Shown here piece by piece: positions 59,839-64,000 of a stretch of 64,000 bases of DNA. Position 1 is the stretch's first letter, and every line of letters begins with the position of its first letter. Both the position numbers and the translations under genes were made by a program. The stretch is from Acidobacteriota bacterium (GTDB lineage Bacteria; Acidobacteriota; UBA890; WLXD01), in NCBI GenBank assembly GCA_965248695.1, contig CBDFKD010000002.1, positions 416,001 to 480,000 of the forward strand, written 5' to 3'. Below the pieces are notes generated by a model that had not been told where the DNA came from, did not search any database, and was given only the letters and a program-made list of their open reading frames with translations.

Positions 59839-61967
59839 CCACGATCCAGGTCTTCTGATCTACGCCGCGCGTGGTGCGCTAGTCCCTCCTCCCCCGCCGT
59901 CTCCGTCATCTCCGCCCTTGCCCGCTGCATCTGCTTCGGCAGCGCATCCTCCGTCATGTACCTCTCGAACCACTTCCTCAAATACATCTGCGTACGCAAG
60001 AAGTTCGACGGCTTCGATGAGGTGCCGTGCCACTCGTCGTTGAACCGGATCATCGCAGTGGGCACGCGCAGCACCTTGAGTGCGGCGTAGAACTCCTCGG
60101 TCTGCGCGATGGGGGTGCGCAGGTCGTTGACGCCGGTCATGAGCATGGTCGGGGTGGTGACGTTGCCGACGTACATGAGGGGTGAGCGGCGCAGGTGCTC
60201 GCTGGGGTCGTCCCAGGGAAGCTCGTCGAAGTTGCGGTACCAGCCGATGCCGTCGGTGGTGCCGACGAAAGACAGCCAGTTGATGACCGGGCAGTTGGAC
60301 GAGGCGGCGGCAAAGCGGTCGGTGTGACCCACGACCCAGGCAGTGAGCACGCCGCCGCCGGAGCAGCCGTAGACGTACATGTTGCGCTCGTCGATGGAGC
60401 CCTCGGCAATGACGGTGTCGACGCCGGACATGAGGTCGTCGAAGTCCTTGTCGGGGTAGGCGCGGTTGATAGCGTTGCCGAAATCGGTGCCGTAACCGGA
60501 GGAGCCGCGCGGGTTGGTGTAGACGACGACGTAGCCGTTGGCGGCGTGGTTCTGCCAGCCGAAGTTGAAGCCGACGTTGTACATGCCGTGCGGGCCGCCA
60601 TGGATGGCGAGCACGAGCGGGTAGCTACGCGTCGGGTCGAAGTCGGGCGGCTTGATGACCCAGCCCTGGATGTCGAGATCGCCGGTGGACTTGTAGTTGA
60701 TCTCCTCCACGTCGCCTAGCTGGATGCCGGCCAGCAGGTTCTCGTTGACGTTGGTGAGGCGGTGCATGTCGCCGGGATTGTCGACGTCGAAGGCGTAGAC
60801 GTCGCCGGGCTCGTGGAAGCTGCTCATGGTGGCCACGGCCACGCCGGTGTCGCTGATGTTCGACACCGACAGCATCTGGTTGCCGTCGGTCACCTTCACC
60901 GGTGGCTCGGAAGCGTCGGCGGGGGCGAAGTAGAGGTTGCGGGTGCCGTGGTCGTTGGCGGTGAAGTGGACGCCGGAGGAGTCGGCGCGCCACCGCAGGT
61001 TAGACGGCGATCGATCGAGCTCCGGCGTGACAGTGCGCACCGTGGAGCCGTCGGAGCGCATGACGTAGAGCTGCCGCTCGATGTACGTCTGGTCGACGTG
61101 GTCATTGCCGATGAACGCGATCATGCTGCCGTCGGGCGACACCACCGGGCCAGAGTCGGGCCCCTTCCGATCGGTGAGCTGGATGGTCATGCCGGTGGCC
61201 ACGTCGAGGGCGTAGATCTCGCTCTCGCGCCAGTGGTACTCGGCGTCCGGCAGGAGCAGACCGGAGAAGTACATGGTCTCGCCATCGGGCGCCCACATCG
61301 GCGAGCCGTGATCGTAGTCGCCACGCGTTACCTGGCGCACCGGGCCGCCATCAGCCGGCACCACGAAGATGTGCTCGTAGCCGGGGTCGATGAAGCCGCG
61401 CCGGTCGCGCTTGTAGTTGGCGCGCTCGACGATGCGCGGCGTCTTGGTCCACTCGGCGCCCTCGGGACGACCCGGCAGGCTGATGCCCCAGTTGCTGTCG
61501 GCGTCCACACGGGTGCGGAAGGCGATGCGGCTGCCGTCGGGTGACCAGGAGATATCGCGCGGCGGCTCGGTGGCGTGGGTGATCTGGCTGGCGGCGCCCT
61601 CGGCGTCCATCCAGCGTACCCAGATCTGGTTGCCGCGCGGCTCGCCCTCGGCGAGATAGGCGATGCGCGAGCCGTCGGGCGACCAGATCGCCGAGCCACC
61701 TTCCACCAGCTTGCGCTTGCGCGAGCCGTCGGCGTTCATCAGCCACAGCTCGGACTCGCGGCCATCGTTCACCGCGTCCATCCAGCCGCGGGTATAAACA
61801 ACGTGCTGGCCGTCGGGCGAGATCTGCGGACCGCCGACCGACTGCATCTGTAGATACGTGTCGAGCGTCAGCTTGCTCGGGACAACTTCTTGGGCGGCCG
61901 CGATGCCGGCGAAGGCGGCAGCAACGGCCGCGAGAGACAGAGATATGGAGGTGGTTCGATTGCGCAT
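59829..61967 (-). CDS. S9 family peptidase (dipeptidyl aminopeptidase/acylaminoacyl peptidase), secreted
   Basis: SPDG propeller repeats; IHGGPH; NPRGSSGYG; GCSGGG; D.RTP; EWHG. Confidence 0.95.
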   Translation of the reverse strand: MRNRTTSISLSLAAVAAAFAGIAAAQEVVPSKLTLDTYLQMQSVGGPQISPDGQHVVYTRGWMDAVNDGRESELWLMNADGSRKRKLVEGGSAIWSPDGSRIAYLAEGEPRGNQIWVRWMDAEGAASQITHATEPPRDISWSPDGSRIAFRTRVDADSNWGISLPGRPEGAEWTKTPRIVERANYKRDRRGFIDPGYEHIFVVPADGGPVRQVTRGDYDHGSPMWAPDGETMYFSGLLLPDAEYHWRESEIYALDVATGMTIQLTDRKGPDSGPVVSPDGSMIAFIGNDHVDQTYIERQLYVMRSDGSTVRTVTPELDRSPSNLRWRADSSGVHFTANDHGTRNLYFAPADASEPPVKVTDGNQMLSVSNISDTGVAVATMSSFHEPGDVYAFDVDNPGDMHRLTNVNENLLAGIQLGDVEEINYKSTGDLDIQGWVIKPPDFDPTRSYPLVLAIHGGPHGMYNVGFNFGWQNHAANGYVVVYTNPRGSSGYGTDFGNAINRAYPDKDFDDLMSGVDTVIAEGSIDERNMYVYGCSGGGVLTAWVVGHTDRFAAASSNCPVINWLSFVGTTDGIGWYRNFDELPWDDPSEHLRRSPLMYVGNVTTPTMLMTGVNDLRTPIAQTEEFYAALKVLRVPTAMIRFNDEWHGTSSKPSNFLRTQMYLRKWFERYMTEDALPKQMQRARAEMTETAGEEGLAHHARRRSEDLDRGYN

Positions 61968-62105
61968 GGCGTTCCTCACGAGCGGAAAGACTGGGCGATC
62001 ACGCTGAAGACGGTTACTCCTGGAAACGGAAGTAGCACGTCCGAGCGAGCGTTTCCACTGAATCGACCGGCCGTTTCTCACGCGTGGCCGTCTCAACCGG
62101 CTGCC

Positions 62106-62447
62106 ATGAAGCTGCCTGCGGGGGACCACGCCAAAGTCAGCGATGCGAAGATCCTGGACTATCTGCTCTCTGATACTCACCCCGACGGTGGGTCCAAGGC
62201 TAGATTCTTCCGACAGCTCGGCTATGAGCGTGCCTCCTGGCAGCAACTCAGGGACGATCTGACGGGTTCCCTGTCCGAGGCGAGCGTCGTTGCGCTAGAG
62301 CCCGACGAGCATGGCCAGAAGTACGTGGCACGCGCGATACTGAAGGGGCCGAATGGCGCGTCGGCCAGGATACGCTCAATTTGGATCGTAGAACCGGAGC
62401 AAACCATACCTCGCCTCGTGACCGCCTATCCCGGAGAAGAGACTTGA
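62106..62447 (+). CDS. DUF6883-like protein
   Basis: KILDYLL...HPDG.SKARFF..LGY...G.KY...GPNG....SIW......PRLVTAYP. Confidence 0.85.
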   Translation: MKLPAGDHAKVSDAKILDYLLSDTHPDGGSKARFFRQLGYERASWQQLRDDLTGSLSEASVVALEPDEHGQKYVARAILKGPNGASARIRSIWIVEPEQTIPRLVTAYPGEET

Positions 62448-62665
62448 GCTACACATTGCTGGACCCCGTAGTGCTCGCTCGGGACCTGCCGGAACACGGT
62501 CTACGGAAGGGCGATCTCGGCACGGTCGTGGAACTCTACGAGTCGAACGGCATGGAAATCGAGTTCGTCACGCCCTCGGGCAGAACTCAAGCGTTGTTGA
62601 CACTCCGGCCTACGGACGTCCGCCCGGTGACCGAAGCCGACCTACTTGCGGTGCGCCAGGAGTAA
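62444..62665 (+). CDS. DUF4926 protein
   Basis: VVL.RDLPEHGL.KGDLGTVVE.Y....EIEF....GRT.AL; TTGA overlap with upstream gene. Confidence 0.88.
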   Translation: MSYTLLDPVVLARDLPEHGLRKGDLGTVVELYESNGMEIEFVTPSGRTQALLTLRPTDVRPVTEADLLAVRQE

Positions 62666-62913
62666 CCCTCGACACTCCTCTGAGCATGCCCCGGCAGGGC
62701 GTGGTTCTTGTCTAGTGCAACGGCAGTGACGAGACGGAGGCTCGATTCCCACGCGGTCGATGATTTACACCCCGCCGCCTCGATGGCGGTGGTAGTTGCC
62801 AGCCACGCGGGTTCAGGCGTTTAACCGGGTTGACAGCACCCAGCGACTGAGGACCACTAGCCAGACTACCGACCCCGCGTAGCCGCCCTGCCGCCAACAC
62901 CCTGGAGTCCCCG

Positions 62914-64000
62914 ATGCGCCGTCCAAGAGTTCCCGCTTTCGGATTCTGTGCCACGTTGCTGGCGGCCATTGTTTCGCTGGCCAGCCCTTCGCACGCTACC
63001 CTGGCAGGCTCCCAGTCAGAGACCAAGCGCTACCTCTATCTGAGCACCCCCGACGGCGCTCAGCGCGTCGGGCGCGCCGACGGTGCCGGCATCCTGATCT
63101 ACGACATCGACGACGGCCACAAGTTAGTGCGGCGCATCGACATCCCGGTCTTCGAGGAAGGTCTGCGTGGCTTCGCCGTTAACCTGATCAACCACGCGGC
63201 GTACTACTCCACCACGCACCGGCGCGTCGGCGCTTTCGATCTGGAGAGCGAGGAGATCCTCTGGGAGCACGCCTATCCGAACGGGGCCGACCGCTCGTCG
63301 ATCACGATGGACGGCAGCAAGATCTACGTGCCGACGGGGTGGTGGTACGTCGGCCCCGACAGCGGGATGCTTGTGCTCGACGCGCGCGACGGCAAGATGG
63401 TCAACCGGATCTCCGACACTCCGCGGGCGCACAACAGTGTCGTCAGCCTCGATGGACGGCGACTGTATCTCGGCAGCGAGACCACGCTGAGCGTCTACGA
63501 CACGGCCGACGACAGCCGGTTGATGCAGATCAAAGACGTCGGCGAGGCGGCGATCTTCCCGTTCACGATTAACTCGGCTCAGACGATTGCCTACGTCTGC
63601 CTGTTCGATCACATCGGCTTCGACGTGGTCGATCTCACGACGGGAAAGAAGATCCACACGGTCTTCACCAACGACGGGACCATCCTTCATCGCACCCACG
63701 GCGTCGCGCTGACGCCCGACGAGACCGAGCTTTGGATCAGCGACCAGGAGGGCAACAAGCTCTTCTACTATGACGCCACCGTGATGCCGCCGGTGCAGAA
63801 GGGTGAGCTCGAGCTCACCCAGGGCGGCCACGGCTGGGTCACCTTCAGCCTCGACGGAAAGTACGCCTGGACCCACACGCCGGACGTGTTCGACGTCGAC
63901 ACCAAGAAGAAGGTCGCCACCCTGCGCGACGAGAACGGCAAGCCGGTCAGCGGCTCGAAGTTCTTCGAGGTTCACTTCCGCGACGGCAGGGTTGTGACGG
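62914..64000 (+). CDS. Secreted YncE-like beta-propeller (runs off window end)
   Basis: Manual translation: GGAG RBS, signal peptide, RYLYLSTPDG...AHNSVVSLDG...HGVALTPDE...GWVTFSLDGKY. Confidence 0.85.
   Translation, partial: MRRPRVPAFGFCATLLAAIVSLASPSHATLAGSQSETKRYLYLSTPDGAQRVGRADGAGILIYDIDDGHKLVRRIDIPVFEEGLRGFAVNLINHAAYYSTTHRRVGAFDLESEEILWEHAYPNGADRSSITMDGSKIYVPTGWWYVGPDSGMLVLDARDGKMVNRISDTPRAHNSVVSLDGRRLYLGSETTLSVYDTADDSRLMQIKDVGEAAIFPFTINSAQTIAYVCLFDHIGFDVVDLTTGKKIHTVFTNDGTILHRTHGVALTPDETELWISDQEGNKLFYYDATVMPPVQKGELELTQGGHGWVTFSLDGKYAWTHTPDVFDVDTKKKVATLRDENGKPVSGSKFFEVHFRDGRVVT

Noticed and set aside
624-63975. Many long antisense or alternate-frame ORFs (e.g. 624-1688, 14284-15333, 15577-16584, 56474-57496, 63124-63975)
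   Set aside because: Shadow ORFs expected at high GC; each overlaps a better-supported gene.
1-64000. CRISPR array, cas genes, rRNA/tRNA, reverse transcriptase (retron/DGR) or prophage genes
   Set aside because: No regularly spaced repeats or recognisable motifs seen by eye; the repeats found are IS copies, MITE ends and attC parts. A tRNA scan was not possible.

Overview
High-GC bacterial accessory region. Gene content (PadR-ADOP permease, PSD1/DUF1501 pair, kinase-linked ECF sigma) suggests an Acidobacteriota/Gemmatimonadota-like host; this is inference only. About 70 short, functionally unrelated, cassette-type genes (SAM methyltransferases, GNAT, SRPBCC, VOC, SnoaL/NTF2, DoxX, MDR oxidoreductases, TfoX, DUF1697, DUF3995) lie mostly on the minus strand and are heavily eroded. 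Mobile DNA: three apparently identical 1260-bp IS3-family copies (one nested in an IS256 that splits a VOC gene), a second IS256 splitting a Ser/Thr kinase next to an ECF sigma, a dead IS3, and a CTAG-flanked MITE with two eroded stubs. The right third looks like a dismantled integron: an intI remnant cut at both ends, one full attC-like site, half and collapsed attC sites, and toxin-antitoxin pairs. Main points: (i) a probable selenoprotein, an arsenite-methyltransferase-like gene with in-frame UGA at the conserved Cys and a SECIS-like hairpin; (ii) repeated head-plus-tail collapse of genes and attC sites, including an 80-bp ghost of a kinase gene; (iii) intI truncated exactly at a GTTAG core-like site joined to a TA cassette end. 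All family assignments come from motif recognition by eye, with no database search.
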